Assembly: GCA_036338695.1 (NCBI GenBank)
Contig: JAYZBQ010000048.1
Span: forward strand, 160,001-224,000
Direction: 5' to 3'
From: Myxococcota bacterium
GTDB lineage: Bacteria; Myxococcota; UBA4151
DNA: 64,000 bases
In this document: positions 7,946 through 17,921 of the stretch, in pieces
How the letters are laid out: every line of letters starts with the position of its first letter
How positions within the stretch are numbered: the stretch's first letter is position 1
Translations under genes and position numbers: made by a program
Notes under the pieces: generated by a model
Database searches by the model: none
Seen by the model: the letters and a program-made list of their open reading frames with translations, nothing else
Told to the model about the DNA's origin: nothing

Positions 7946-10851
7946 CGTACGAGCTCCCTGTAATAGCGATCAACCGCCGGCTTATCCGGCCCCGCAAAGC
8001 CCTCACGCCAGGCGTCCATAATCTCATCTCGCCAGGCTCCCGGAACCCCCTCATCAGCGTCTGGAATCTCGACGCGGTCACCCGAACGCCGACCGCGCCC
8101 GTCGCGTCCACCCGGCTGTTGTCCCGACCGCCCCTGAGACCCACCCGAGCCCCACGGCATCGGCATCCCGGAAGCGCCCTGGCCTTGACCGTTCTGCATC
8201 TGCTTCTCGAGCCCCTCAAGCGCTGAGAGCACACGCCCTTGGGCTTGATCTGCGCCTGGCGCATCCGCCTGCCCCAGCGCGCCGCCCGCAGCTGACGACG
8301 CCGCAGAGGCTTCGCCCATCGCCTTCATCGCCTCGTCCCCAAACATCGGCGCCATCTCGTTGAGCTCATTCATCATCTCAGCGAGCTTCTCGAGCCGGTC
8401 GCCCACGCCTTTCTGCTCGCGCTGCGCGCTGCGCAAGCGCTGGCGCTCCGCGCGGTTCATCAGCTGGTCTTCGTCTGGCAAGAGCCGCTCGAGCAGGGCG
8501 ATCGCCTCACCCACCCGCTCCATCGCCAGCCGTTGGTGGCGCTTCATTTTGGGCTCCTCGATCATGAACGCCAAGGTCTCGAGCAGCCCCTCGCTGCGGC
8601 GCAGCACCTCGAGCGCCTCCATAAAGCCGTCGGCAGCGAGCGCCTTATCGACAAACTGAAGCCGCTCATCGACCCCGTCGACACGCGACTTCATCCACGG
8701 GCCAAGACCGCTCATCTGCGAGAGCGACCCGCGCGCTTCAGCGAGCAGCTTCTGGAGCTTCTGACGCAGCTGATCGAGCCCACCAAAACGCTCCAGCTGA
8801 CGATTACGAGCCTCCTTGCGCAGGCGCTGAACGCCGGCGCGCAGCTTCTCTTGCTGATCGCGAATCATGCGCATCTGGTCTTGGATCGCCTTGCCCTTAG
8901 CGGCCGCTTCTCGCCACTCCTTGCCGCCAAAGCGCTCAGAGGCCCCTTTAACTTGTTTCTCGACCTGACCAAGCGCTTGGCTCATGGCGTCGAGCGCAGC
9001 GAGCGCCTCTTCCACCTTCCCTTGGCGCACCATCGCCTCGAGGTTGTCCAGCTCTTTCGCCACCGAGCGCTGCTCGAGGGCGTCGCGATTGATGTACTGG
9101 CGCCCGACGCGTTTTTCGAGCTTCGCCATCTTCTTTCCAAGCTCATCAAGGCGCCTCCTGATGGCGCGGATCGAGGCGATGATCTGCTCCTTGAGCCCCT
9201 CATCATCAGCCGACGCTCGATACCGCTCGACCAGCTTCTGCAGCGCCGCTCGCTCACGCTTGACCTCTTGCTGGAGCCGATTGAGCTGGCTCAAGCGGCG
9301 CTTGCTGACCAGGTCATCAAGGAACAGGAGGTCTCGCTCCATGCGGTTCTCCATCTGAGCCGCCGTAACCTGCCCGGCTCCATAACGCTCGGTCGCTTCG
9401 GTCAGTCGTGTGACCACCATCGAGACCGCCCGCTCGAGATCGCCGGCGTCCAAGCGTCGGTCGCTGAGCTGCTTGGCGAGCTTGTCGCCCTTCTTGAGCG
9501 CTACCGCCGTCGCCTTGACCCACGCCGGCGCCGGCTCGCTGCGCAGCAGCAACGGCGCCAAGCGATCGGTCAGCGACTCGACGAAGCGGTCGAGCTGAGC
9601 GAGCAGCTCATCCAGCCGCTTGCTCGGGTCGAACAGGTGGATGCGATGCCACCGGCTGCGCCCGGTACGCGGCCCCGTGACGTTGTTGTTGTCCGCCATC
9701 TCGACGACCCAGTTGAGCGTATCGCCAGGGCGCATCCCGAGCTCACTCAGGATCAGGACCCCCTTATGACGAATGTTGGCGCCCAATCGGTCGAGCTTGA
9801 TCGGTCGCCGAACCTCCTCGGCGCTACCCTCCATCCGCGTGATCAGCTCGGCGGAGGCGATCCCATGATCATCCTGCGCCTCGATCAGGTACTCCACCTC
9901 CTTAGCGGTCTCGAGCTCGAGTGGCTGCTCAGGGAAACGGCGGAGCACTTTGGGCGGCTGATCAGGGTATACCTTCAGCCCATGCCCTTCTCGCTCAACC
10001 GCCTCCTCGCCGCCGACGGTGAGCGCAAAGCGATAGGTGCCGGAGGTGCGCGCCACAAAGCGCCCCGTCAGGGTGCCTCCCTCGTTCACATCAAGCACCA
10101 CGCGCACGCCATCGACCAGCAGCGCAGCAGCCTCTGGGGCGCGTGCAAGACTCGGCGTCACGGTGAGCTCCACCTCAGTGCCTTCGGGGACCTCAAGCTC
10201 ACCGTCGCTGCCGAGCAGCTGCTCGGGCGACCGGTTGAGGTAGGCGGGGTAATGGAGCGTGAAGTCGAGCTGGCGCAGCTGCGCGAGCCCACGCTGCGCC
10301 GCCGCCTGTTGCGCGCCCGTCGACCACTGATCGAGGAACCGCTGCGAGGCGCTCGGCCAGGTCAGCGCTGCGCTCACGGCGGTCACCAACCACAAACCGG
10401 CTGCGCCGATCACCCAACGACGGTTTAGATCATACAGAGGTTCTTTCTCGACCCCGCTTAGGTCGGTTGTCCCGCCACGAATCGCGAGGGCCACCGCCTC
10501 GTCACTGCCCGCTGCGATCCGCCCAAACGCAAGCTCGGTTGCGCTGACCTGAGCGGGCGTTAGCTGCCCGCTCACCACCAGCCGCGCTACCACCTCGCGT
10601 GCGCTCAAAGCGCCCCACCGGTTCCGCTGCAGCCGACGAAGGATCCAAGGCAGCGCGCTCAGCGCGACCACCAACGTCACCAGCATCACCTGGCGCCCAG
10701 CGATCCACTCAGAGGCTGTGACGAGAGCCAACACAAACGCAAGCTGAGCGAGCCCGAGGCCAGCGGCGAGCAGCGCCACGTGATCACGCCATGCGAGCCG
10801 TGCGCGCAGGCTGGCGATCCCTTTCCTTATCTGCTCAGCTTCGCTCTGCAT
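7942..10851 (-). CDS. DUF4175-like membrane-anchored coiled-coil protein
   Basis: Three N-terminal TMs, YPAYL and DQPP..AQDDHGI Ig-like motifs, long coiled coil, Gly/Gln-rich tail ending RYYRELVR; ATG 10851 preferred over the track start 10899. Confidence 0.8.
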   Translation of the reverse strand: MQSEAEQIRKGIASLRARLAWRDHVALLAAGLGLAQLAFVLALVTASEWIAGRQVMLVTLVVALSALPWILRRLQRNRWGALSAREVVARLVVSGQLTPAQVSATELAFGRIAAGSDEAVALAIRGGTTDLSGVEKEPLYDLNRRWVIGAAGLWLVTAVSAALTWPSASQRFLDQWSTGAQQAAAQRGLAQLRQLDFTLHYPAYLNRSPEQLLGSDGELEVPEGTEVELTVTPSLARAPEAAALLVDGVRVVLDVNEGGTLTGRFVARTSGTYRFALTVGGEEAVEREGHGLKVYPDQPPKVLRRFPEQPLELETAKEVEYLIEAQDDHGIASAELITRMEGSAEEVRRPIKLDRLGANIRHKGVLILSELGMRPGDTLNWVVEMADNNNVTGPRTGRSRWHRIHLFDPSKRLDELLAQLDRFVESLTDRLAPLLLRSEPAPAWVKATAVALKKGDKLAKQLSDRRLDAGDLERAVSMVVTRLTEATERYGAGQVTAAQMENRMERDLLFLDDLVSKRRLSQLNRLQQEVKRERAALQKLVERYRASADDEGLKEQIIASIRAIRRRLDELGKKMAKLEKRVGRQYINRDALEQRSVAKELDNLEAMVRQGKVEEALAALDAMSQALGQVEKQVKGASERFGGKEWREAAAKGKAIQDQMRMIRDQQEKLRAGVQRLRKEARNRQLERFGGLDQLRQKLQKLLAEARGSLSQMSGLGPWMKSRVDGVDERLQFVDKALAADGFMEALEVLRRSEGLLETLAFMIEEPKMKRHQRLAMERVGEAIALLERLLPDEDQLMNRAERQRLRSAQREQKGVGDRLEKLAEMMNELNEMAPMFGDEAMKAMGEASAASSAAGGALGQADAPGADQAQGRVLSALEGLEKQMQNGQGQGASGMPMPWGSGGSQGRSGQQPGGRDGRGRRSGDRVEIPDADEGVPGAWRDEIMDAWREGFAGPDKPAVDRYYRELVR

Positions 10852-10980
10852 CTTGCCTTTCCAACGCCTTTTGGGCGAAGTCGGACTTAAGCACAACACG
10901 GCAACTCAGACGGAGCTTCCACCGCCTTTGCTTTTCAGCCCAATCCACCTCACTTGGACGTTGTTTGAATAGGATGCTGC

Positions 10981-11613
10981 ATGTCGTCGTCGATCTCTGA
11001 GGAGAAAGAACGCTCAAAGGACGAAGAGCAGGCGCTCATCGCCCGAGCCTCAAAGGGAGATCACGCAGCTTTTCAAAAGCTTGTGGAGCGTTACCAAGGG
11101 AGGATGTTCGCCGTGGCGCTGCAGTTTGCGAACGATCGAGATCGAGCCGAAGAGCTCGTCCAAGAGGCGCTCGTGCGCGCCTGGACTAACCTCCCTCGCT
11201 TTCAAGGCGGCGCCAGCTTTTTCACGTGGGTCTACCGGATCATGCACAACCTCAACATCGACCACCACCGACGCCAGCAGCGTCGCAAGGTCGGTGAGTA
11301 CGACGACTCGGTCGGTCGCGCCATCGTCGAGCATGGGGTGGGTCACGCTGGCCAACCCCTCGAAGATGGCGCCCGAGCGACCCACCGAGCTCAGCTGCGC
11401 CAATTAATTTCGACCGGCCTCGAACAAATCTCAGAGGCCCATCGTCAAATCCTCGTGCTGCGTGAGATCGAAGAATTAAGTTACGAAGAGATCGCCGAGG
11501 CCATAGGGGTCCCCAAAGGGACGGTCATGAGCCGTCTCTTTCATGCGCGGCGTAAACTTCTGGAGGTGATGCAGCCGATGTTGGAGCGGGAGGATATCCA
11601 TGTGGAAGGATGA
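10981..11613 (+). CDS. ECF sigma-70 factor
   Basis: GDHAAFQKLVERY, AEELVQE, FFTWVYRI, LSYEEIAEAIGVPKGTVMSRLFHAR. Confidence 0.95.
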   Translation: MSSSISEEKERSKDEEQALIARASKGDHAAFQKLVERYQGRMFAVALQFANDRDRAEELVQEALVRAWTNLPRFQGGASFFTWVYRIMHNLNIDHHRRQQRRKVGEYDDSVGRAIVEHGVGHAGQPLEDGARATHRAQLRQLISTGLEQISEAHRQILVLREIEELSYEEIAEAIGVPKGTVMSRLFHARRKLLEVMQPMLEREDIHVEG

Positions 11614-12127
11614 CCTCGAGGGGTTGATGCTGCTTCACGACGGCGTGCTCGACGGCGAGCACGAGGCGCTCCTACGCGCGCGCATTCAGGACGAACCTGA
11701 GCTCGCTGAGCAATGGCGAAGGCTCACCGCGCTCAGTCAGGCGCTGGAGCACGAGCTGCAGGTTGAGCCGCCGCCGGACTTCGTACAAGATCTCATGGAG
11801 CAGGTGCGCCAGACACCTCAAGTTGCCCCAAGCCTTACGAGCCGGCTCTTTGAGTTTTTGAGCCGCCCGATCGCCGTCCCGGCGGCGGCGGTCGTGGCCG
11901 CGATCGCCTTGTGGTCGCTGGGGTTACCCGATGCGGTCACCCCGAGCCACGTCGCGGCGCCCGCTTCGGCCGCGGTCGGCGCGCCGCCGGAGGCGCTCGT
12001 AGCCGGTGAAACAGAGATCGAGTCAATCGATAACCCAACCGATTATAATGTACTGGTCCTCGCCGCGCCGGGCAGTCCGAATCGCATGATTTGGATCTCT
12101 CAGCGGCAGATCAGCGATGAGGGATAA
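11600..12127 (+). CDS. Putative transmembrane anti-sigma factor
   Basis: Overlaps ECF stop; anti-sigma-like N-terminus (HDGVL), one TM, extracytoplasmic tail; no ZAS HxxxCxxC. Confidence 0.72.
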   Translation: MWKDDLEGLMLLHDGVLDGEHEALLRARIQDEPELAEQWRRLTALSQALEHELQVEPPPDFVQDLMEQVRQTPQVAPSLTSRLFEFLSRPIAVPAAAVVAAIALWSLGLPDAVTPSHVAAPASAAVGAPPEALVAGETEIESIDNPTDYNVLVLAAPGSPNRMIWISQRQISDEG

Positions 12128-12128
12128 A

Positions 12129-12563
12129 ATGATACGTTGCCTGACCCTTTCGTTCGCTGTCGCCTTCGGGTTCATGAGCTCGGACGCGGCGGCGCAGTCG
12201 CAGTACAAGATGAGCATCCGAGTGATCCACGCCACTAAGGACGGCACCCGGGTTGACCCAGGCGTCGTCGACCTCAAGGCGGACCTAGCTCAGCTCGCCT
12301 TTACCTCATTTAGGCTGCTCGATGGGCACACCAAAACGGTGTTTGACCGAGAGGTCGTCGCCTTGGAATTCCCTGGCTCGCGCTGGCTTGAGGTGCGCAC
12401 GCGAGGCGTCGCTAAAGACGGCTCCTTGAAGGTCTCGATGAAGGTCCGAGACCTGAAATTCAAGGCCAAGGCTAAGGTCGGCGCAGGCAGCACCGTTTTG
12501 CTCGGTGGCCCGCCCCACCAAAACGGCTCCATCATCTTAGCGGTGACCGCCACCCAGCTGTAG
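12129..12563 (+). CDS. Secreted hypothetical protein of the ECF operon
   Basis: Signal peptide ending AAA-Q; beta-rich mature part ending TVLLGGP..GSIILAVT. Confidence 0.7.
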   Translation: MIRCLTLSFAVAFGFMSSDAAAQSQYKMSIRVIHATKDGTRVDPGVVDLKADLAQLAFTSFRLLDGHTKTVFDREVVALEFPGSRWLEVRTRGVAKDGSLKVSMKVRDLKFKAKAKVGAGSTVLLGGPPHQNGSIILAVTATQL

Positions 12564-13343
12564 CTACTGCCCTCGAAGGCGCGAGTTGGTCGAGCGCAAC
12601 CGCCGCACCAGCACGCGGCTCACCAGCTCAAAGAAGATGGCGCGAAACTCGTGATCCGCCGCCTGCAGCGTGTCTTGGCGGACCTTGAGCAACACAGACG
12701 TCTCGGTCGCAACGGCGCGTGCCTCACGCGGCTTGTTTTCAAGCATGCCCATCTCTCCAAAGATGCCGCCGCTGGTGACCGCCTCAAGCTCCGTCTCACC
12801 CAGCCGCAGCGCGATCGAGCCGGCCAGGACGAAGAACATGGCGTCGGCCGCAGCGCCCTCCTCAAAAAGCACCTCATCTTCGTGAATCTGAACCGCGCTG
12901 GCACCGTGGAGTAGGTGCACCATCGCCGCTTCGCTAAAAGTCTGAAACCCAGGCGCCGCCAGCAGCCGAGATAAGAGCTGGTTCTCTTCGCGCGGTTTAC
13001 GATAGCGCGCCACCGCCTGGGTCAGCGCCGCCGCCGTGACCGGTGGTGGAACAACCTCGAAGCCCTCGTGCCCGCCCGCTGGATCTCCGGCGTCCCAACC
13101 GAGGAGAAAAACAGGCGCTTGAGACGCCTCTCGAAGGCTCGTGACCACCTCTTCATCAATCGTCAAGCCGGGCAAAGGACCATGCAAGATGATGAGCCCA
13201 TAGTCCTCGTTTTTGAGCTCGCTCAGGGCGCGCCAAAATTCAGGCAGGTAGACCAGGTTGTCGTAGCCGAGCGGCTTGAGCGCCCGCTCAAACAAGCGAC
13301 TCAGCGCTGAGCCGCCGCTGACATAAAGGACTTGCCGGCTCAT
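12564..13343 (-). CDS. Degenerate receiver domain + cyclic-nucleotide-binding domain protein
   Basis: REC-like N-terminus lacking acceptor Asp (LIILHGPLP); LFEEG, FGEMGML..PREA phosphate-binding cassette; no HTH. Confidence 0.8.
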   Translation of the reverse strand: MSRQVLYVSGGSALSRLFERALKPLGYDNLVYLPEFWRALSELKNEDYGLIILHGPLPGLTIDEEVVTSLREASQAPVFLLGWDAGDPAGGHEGFEVVPPPVTAAALTQAVARYRKPREENQLLSRLLAAPGFQTFSEAAMVHLLHGASAVQIHEDEVLFEEGAAADAMFFVLAGSIALRLGETELEAVTSGGIFGEMGMLENKPREARAVATETSVLLKVRQDTLQAADHEFRAIFFELVSRVLVRRLRSTNSRLRGQ

Positions 13344-13345
13344 CG

Positions 13346-14965
13346 TCAGGACCCCTCCCTCTTGTAGAGGCTCACCATCGGTACCCCCTCCAGGCTCTCA
13401 ACCGCAACCAGTGTCGAGTCACTGCGTCCTCGCACGGCGCTCAAGATCCAGTCGCTGTCCGGCTGATGAAACGCAAACCACCAATCCGCCCGGCTGAGGT
13501 TCATGGTGAAGCGGAGGTCGCTCCGTAAGAGCCCCTCTCGCTGGTACGCCTTGAAGGCGTCTTCGTTGGTACGGTCCCAGAAGATCACGGCCCCCTGCTT
13601 GGCCTCTTCATTGATCTGGGCGAGCAGCTGACGGCTTGCGCCGCCCCAGAACTGGCGCTGGAACCCGAGCGACGCCGCGCCACGAAGCCCCCCGGCGAGC
13701 TCCGTGTAAGCGCCGATGCCGTGCGGGTGTGCGCGCGCGGTGCTCAAGGCACCCGGGGCCACCAACCCGGCGATCAACGCCACACCGTACAGAGCGTGAC
13801 GATGCATCAGCTGGCGCACAAGGGGCTGGCAAAACTGCGCAGCGAGCAGACAGCCAAAGGGCAGCGCGTTCATCCAATGCTTGGTGCCGCCGAAAATCGG
13901 GACGCTCGGTGCGGCGATCAAGACGACCGGGACCAACAGATTCAGAGCGATAAAGGCGGTGCGCCCGTCCTCTGGCTCGCGCCCCCACCACAGATCGCCC
14001 CACAGCGTCTTGAAGGCGCCGAACAAGCCGCCGAGCATCGTGACGACAAGCGGAAGCGACAGGGTCATCGCCCACATCACCCAAGGAAACCCCCGGGGAA
14101 AGGGCGGCTCCCAGAGGCTTTCGCCCCAATAACGCACCGGGTAGTGCTCATGGTGCAGATGAAAACCGAAATACCACGAGATCCGCCCGACGGGATCGGG
14201 CCACAGGTACGGCCAGTGCGCTAGAAACACGAGAGGACCGATCACGCCCATAAAGAACACCCACCAAGGGATGACCGGCAGCGCGAACCCATCGGCGCCA
14301 TCGGCCTGTGCTCGGCGAAAGCTCGTGAGCCACCGCTCACGGTGAATCCAGAGCCAATGAAAGAACAGCAAGATCGGGAAGAAGAGGACGTTGTGCTTGG
14401 TGGCGATCGCCAGCCCGAAGACCAGACCCAAGCGAAGGTGGTGCCCCTCTCGATAGAGCCACGCGAGCGCCACCGCCAACCACATCGTGGTCACGCCTGC
14501 GTCGAAACAAGCCATCTGACCGTGATAAAAGTAGCGCGGCGAGCCTGCGAGAAAAAGCGCCGCCAACCAGCCGACGGTCGGTCCACAAAAACCGACCCCG
14601 AGGAGGTAGGTCAGCGAGACGCCCAAGGCGCTCATCAACATGCCCGGCAGGCGCATCGCGCTGATCTCGGACATCCAGCCGAGCGCCTCGTGAAACAGAC
14701 CGTTCGATCCAGCGAACAGAACCTTCATCAGCACAGGGTGCTCGTGGTTGTAGCTCCAGTGGCGGTCGATCTCGGCGCGGGTGAAGGCTTTAGCTGGCGA
14801 GCTGGCGAGGACACGAAACCACCCTGAGTAGTCGTGCGCTGCTTTGAAGTAGTATCCCTCGTCGCGCGTCACGCCGGTCTGCAGCTGCGCCAAGAACAGC
14901 GCCAGCAGGTAGACGCAGCCCAAACCCAGCGCCGAGCGTCGATGCAACGAGCTGATCGCGTTCAT
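13346..14965 (-). CDS. GT-C fold (PMT/ArnT-like) glycosyltransferase
   Basis: TRDEGYY acidic motif after TM1, HPVLMK, GLAIATKHN, many TMs; ATG 14965 forms ATGA overlap with upstream stop. Confidence 0.85.
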   Translation of the reverse strand: MNAISSLHRRSALGLGCVYLLALFLAQLQTGVTRDEGYYFKAAHDYSGWFRVLASSPAKAFTRAEIDRHWSYNHEHPVLMKVLFAGSNGLFHEALGWMSEISAMRLPGMLMSALGVSLTYLLGVGFCGPTVGWLAALFLAGSPRYFYHGQMACFDAGVTTMWLAVALAWLYREGHHLRLGLVFGLAIATKHNVLFFPILLFFHWLWIHRERWLTSFRRAQADGADGFALPVIPWWVFFMGVIGPLVFLAHWPYLWPDPVGRISWYFGFHLHHEHYPVRYWGESLWEPPFPRGFPWVMWAMTLSLPLVVTMLGGLFGAFKTLWGDLWWGREPEDGRTAFIALNLLVPVVLIAAPSVPIFGGTKHWMNALPFGCLLAAQFCQPLVRQLMHRHALYGVALIAGLVAPGALSTARAHPHGIGAYTELAGGLRGAASLGFQRQFWGGASRQLLAQINEEAKQGAVIFWDRTNEDAFKAYQREGLLRSDLRFTMNLSRADWWFAFHQPDSDWILSAVRGRSDSTLVAVESLEGVPMVSLYKREGS

Positions 14966-15747
14966 CGGACCCACCCGGCGGCGAGACCAAGCTCCGCGTC
15001 CGTCCAACCGTCAAGCTGGACCTCAAGCTGGACGACCCCTTGGGCATCAGCGCGGCGCGCAAACGGCACCAACCCAGCGCGTCCACCCACATCCGCACGG
15101 ATCGGCTCCGCGTCAATCCAGCGATACGACGCCTGGCCCCGAGCGTGTCGCCGACCGTGTCCCGTCCACCCGAACCCGCCGACGAGTTGAGCGTTTGGCG
15201 CGCCTTGAAACCGGAGGGTCATCCGCTGCGCCTTGACCGTCACCTTTTGACCCCACGCAAAACGCCCATCAAACGCCAACTCGGTGGACGCGACGCGTCC
15301 CGACGCGTCCGAGCAGCGCGTGCGCTGAGCGCTCAATTGGCAGGCAGCCAGCGCCGGAAAAGCCCTCGGCGTGACCTGCGAGTCGCTGCCATAGAGCCGA
15401 GCGACGAGGCCCCCCGCCTCGACGACGCGGCGCACGGAGAAACCAGGCACAGGCGCCCAGCCAGGCGCACCCTGACGCTCAAAAACCCACAGACGCTCAA
15501 AGGGGCGACGCAGATCCTGAAGCCCAAGGCGCTGAGGATGGCTCGGGAGCTCCTCGGTGAGCGCAAGCGCCCAGTCCTGCTCCCACCCTGGGAGATAAGC
15601 GAGCTCATCGCCGGGCTCGACCTCCGCGCGCACCCGCTCGATCAGCGCCGCCCGGTCGTCGTCGCTCGGACGCTCCAGCCACGTCCAGAGTTGAACACTC
15701 CAGGCGACGGCGAGCGAGCCCACGATCAGCGCGGTTCGCACCATCAC
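14962..15747 (-). CDS. Membrane-anchored hypothetical protein
   Basis: N-terminal hydrophobic anchor; 4-bp overlaps with both neighbours. Confidence 0.65.
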   Translation of the reverse strand: MMVRTALIVGSLAVAWSVQLWTWLERPSDDDRAALIERVRAEVEPGDELAYLPGWEQDWALALTEELPSHPQRLGLQDLRRPFERLWVFERQGAPGWAPVPGFSVRRVVEAGGLVARLYGSDSQVTPRAFPALAACQLSAQRTRCSDASGRVASTELAFDGRFAWGQKVTVKAQRMTLRFQGAPNAQLVGGFGWTGHGRRHARGQASYRWIDAEPIRADVGGRAGLVPFARRADAQGVVQLEVQLDGWTDAELGLAAGWVR

Positions 15748-16943
15748 CGAGCGCGGATCGCCAGCGCGCCGCTCAAGCCGACCATGACATCTACAACAGG
15801 CTCTTCGATACCGCCTAGCATACGTCGCATACGCCTTAACTTGAGCCAGGCAGCAAGCCCTTTAGTGATCTGCAGACGCCCTTCGCCTTGCGCATACCAG
15901 CTCGGCGGCTCGCGCCCGGTCTCCCAGCGACCGGCGGCAACGTAGAGCGCGCCGCGCTGAGCGACTGTCCAATTGAGGCGGCCCTCCAAGCGCTCCATGC
16001 TCTCATCGCCAAACGGGTCGCTCGAGGCACGCAGCGTCAGACCGTGACCTTCGACATGACGGAGCGTGACGTTGGCGCCAAACCCGAGGGCGTCGCTTGC
16101 GGGCGGTCTGACGAAGTGCTGCTCATGGCGAAAAAGGGCGTAGAGGTTGTCGTACGGCCCGGCGGGTAACCCATCCGGGCTCCGGCGGGTCTCAAGGCGC
16201 AGGTTCAGGCGCCATTGGCGCTCAAACCAGGTCGCCAAAACGCCGCCATGAAGTCGATGACGAGCCGCCCAGGCCGGCCCAAGGCCCATCACAGCGTCGA
16301 GGTAGAGCCCGACGCGGTGATCTCGCCAGCGCCACAGGCTCTCAACGTCCAAACCCAAACGTCCATCGAGCCCTCGCTCCTGAGGCGCAGCGGGGTCGGG
16401 ATCGATCGCGACGGTGGCGGCGACGCTCGGGATCCAGGTGCTGGTTTGATCGAGCGCCCTGAGCGCGTAACGCAGGTGCGAAAAGACCAAGCTCGGATCG
16501 GTGACTCGGTCGAGCGCCACTTCGACGGCGACACGCGGCGAGCGCCAGACTCCAGACAAGCCAGCCGCCGCATGGTCGGGATGCCCGCCCGCTCGATAAC
16601 CATCGATGATGCTGCCATGCCCCGCCGAAAGGACCAAGCGACCCCCGCGAAGCTCAAACTGGTCTCGCACCCACTCGAGCGACTCGAGCACCGACGAAAA
16701 GTCACCGAGCTGATCCCAATCGCTCTGGCGCAGCTTAGGGTCCGGCGTCAGGAGATAACGCACCGGAACAGCGAGCCGCAGCTTCCAGTCCTTCTCGACG
16801 AGACCGAGCTCTGCGCGCACCTCAATCCCAGCGCCTTGATCAAGATAGCCGACGCCCACACCCAACCCAGGCTGTGCGACGAGTCCGGCGACTAGAAGTT
16901 GAAGCGCAACGCCCACGAGTTCCTCCCGCTTAAAGGCTTGCAT
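15744..16943 (-). CDS. Hypothetical protein, possible outer-membrane beta-barrel
   Basis: Amphipathic beta-strand pattern rich in G/W/Y/R; first gene of a coupled operon. Confidence 0.6.
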   Translation of the reverse strand: MQAFKREELVGVALQLLVAGLVAQPGLGVGVGYLDQGAGIEVRAELGLVEKDWKLRLAVPVRYLLTPDPKLRQSDWDQLGDFSSVLESLEWVRDQFELRGGRLVLSAGHGSIIDGYRAGGHPDHAAAGLSGVWRSPRVAVEVALDRVTDPSLVFSHLRYALRALDQTSTWIPSVAATVAIDPDPAAPQERGLDGRLGLDVESLWRWRDHRVGLYLDAVMGLGPAWAARHRLHGGVLATWFERQWRLNLRLETRRSPDGLPAGPYDNLYALFRHEQHFVRPPASDALGFGANVTLRHVEGHGLTLRASSDPFGDESMERLEGRLNWTVAQRGALYVAAGRWETGREPPSWYAQGEGRLQITKGLAAWLKLRRMRRMLGGIEEPVVDVMVGLSGALAIRAR

Positions 16944-16986
16944 CGGCCCATCGACTGGCTAGGTTGAATGCAAAGAGGAAGAAATC

Positions 16987-17844
16987 ATGTGGAATCAGTT
17001 TAAGACGCTCCTGCTCCTCGCGACCATCACGGGTCTCTTGGTCGTTGTCGGTGGGGTGATCGGCGGACGCGGCGGGATGATCCTCGGGCTTGGCCTCGGG
17101 GCGATGATGAACCTCGTGAGCTGGTGGAAGAGCGACTCACTCGTCATGGCGATGACCGGGGCGCGCGAGGTCCCGGAGGGCTCGATGCCCGAGCTCCATG
17201 CGATGGTGGGTGAGCTCGCGATGCGAGCCGGCATCCCACAACCCAAACTGCTCTACGTCGACGACGCGACCCCGAACGCCTTCGCCACAGGGCGGTCGCC
17301 TCAGAGGGCTGCGGTCGCTGTGACCCGAGGCCTCGTGCAACAGCTCGACGAGCGCCAGCTTCGAGGGGTCATGGCGCATGAGTTCGCCCACATTATCCAG
17401 CGCGATACGCTCATCTCGGCGATCGCCGCCACGGTCGCTGGGGCGATCACGCTGCTCGCCAATATGGCGCAGTGGGCTGCGCTCTTTGGGGGCGGACGTG
17501 ACGGCGAGCGTCACCCGCTGGCGCTGGTCGCGACGGCGCTCTTGGCGCCGATCGCTGCCATGCTCGTTCAGATGGCGATCAGCAGGACGCGCGAATACCG
17601 CGCCGACCGCGTCGGCGCCGAGCTCTGCCGAGATCCGTTGGCTCTCGCCTCGGCGCTTGAGGTGATCGATCAGACGGCACGCCGCCACGCGCAGCGGGGC
17701 ATGGTGCAAGCCAACCCGAGCACCAGCCATCTCATGATCCATGGTCTGAACTTCGGCGGCTTGGGGCGCCTCTTTGCGACCCACCCGCCGATTCCGGCGC
17801 GCGTGGAGCGGCTGCGACAGATGGCGAGTCGCCAAGCGTTCTAG
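16987..17844 (+). CDS. htpX: Zinc metalloprotease HtpX (M48)
   Basis: NQFKT N-terminus, PNAFATGR, HEFAH, ISRTREYRAD, FATHPP. Confidence 0.95.
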   Translation: MWNQFKTLLLLATITGLLVVVGGVIGGRGGMILGLGLGAMMNLVSWWKSDSLVMAMTGAREVPEGSMPELHAMVGELAMRAGIPQPKLLYVDDATPNAFATGRSPQRAAVAVTRGLVQQLDERQLRGVMAHEFAHIIQRDTLISAIAATVAGAITLLANMAQWAALFGGGRDGERHPLALVATALLAPIAAMLVQMAISRTREYRADRVGAELCRDPLALASALEVIDQTARRHAQRGMVQANPSTSHLMIHGLNFGGLGRLFATHPPIPARVERLRQMASRQAF

Positions 17845-17921
17845 GCGACAGCCTCGCCGCTCGATCCTACTGGAACACCACAAGAAGCGACTGAGCACGG
17901 TCGTTGCGACCACCGTGCATC

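Noticed and set aside
8533..10428. 631-aa plus-strand ORF and other long antisense ORFs (24123..25388, 54417..55595, 56869..58266, 58965..60317, 63123..63953)
   Set aside because: Shadow frames of well-supported genes in high-GC DNA; no motifs of their own
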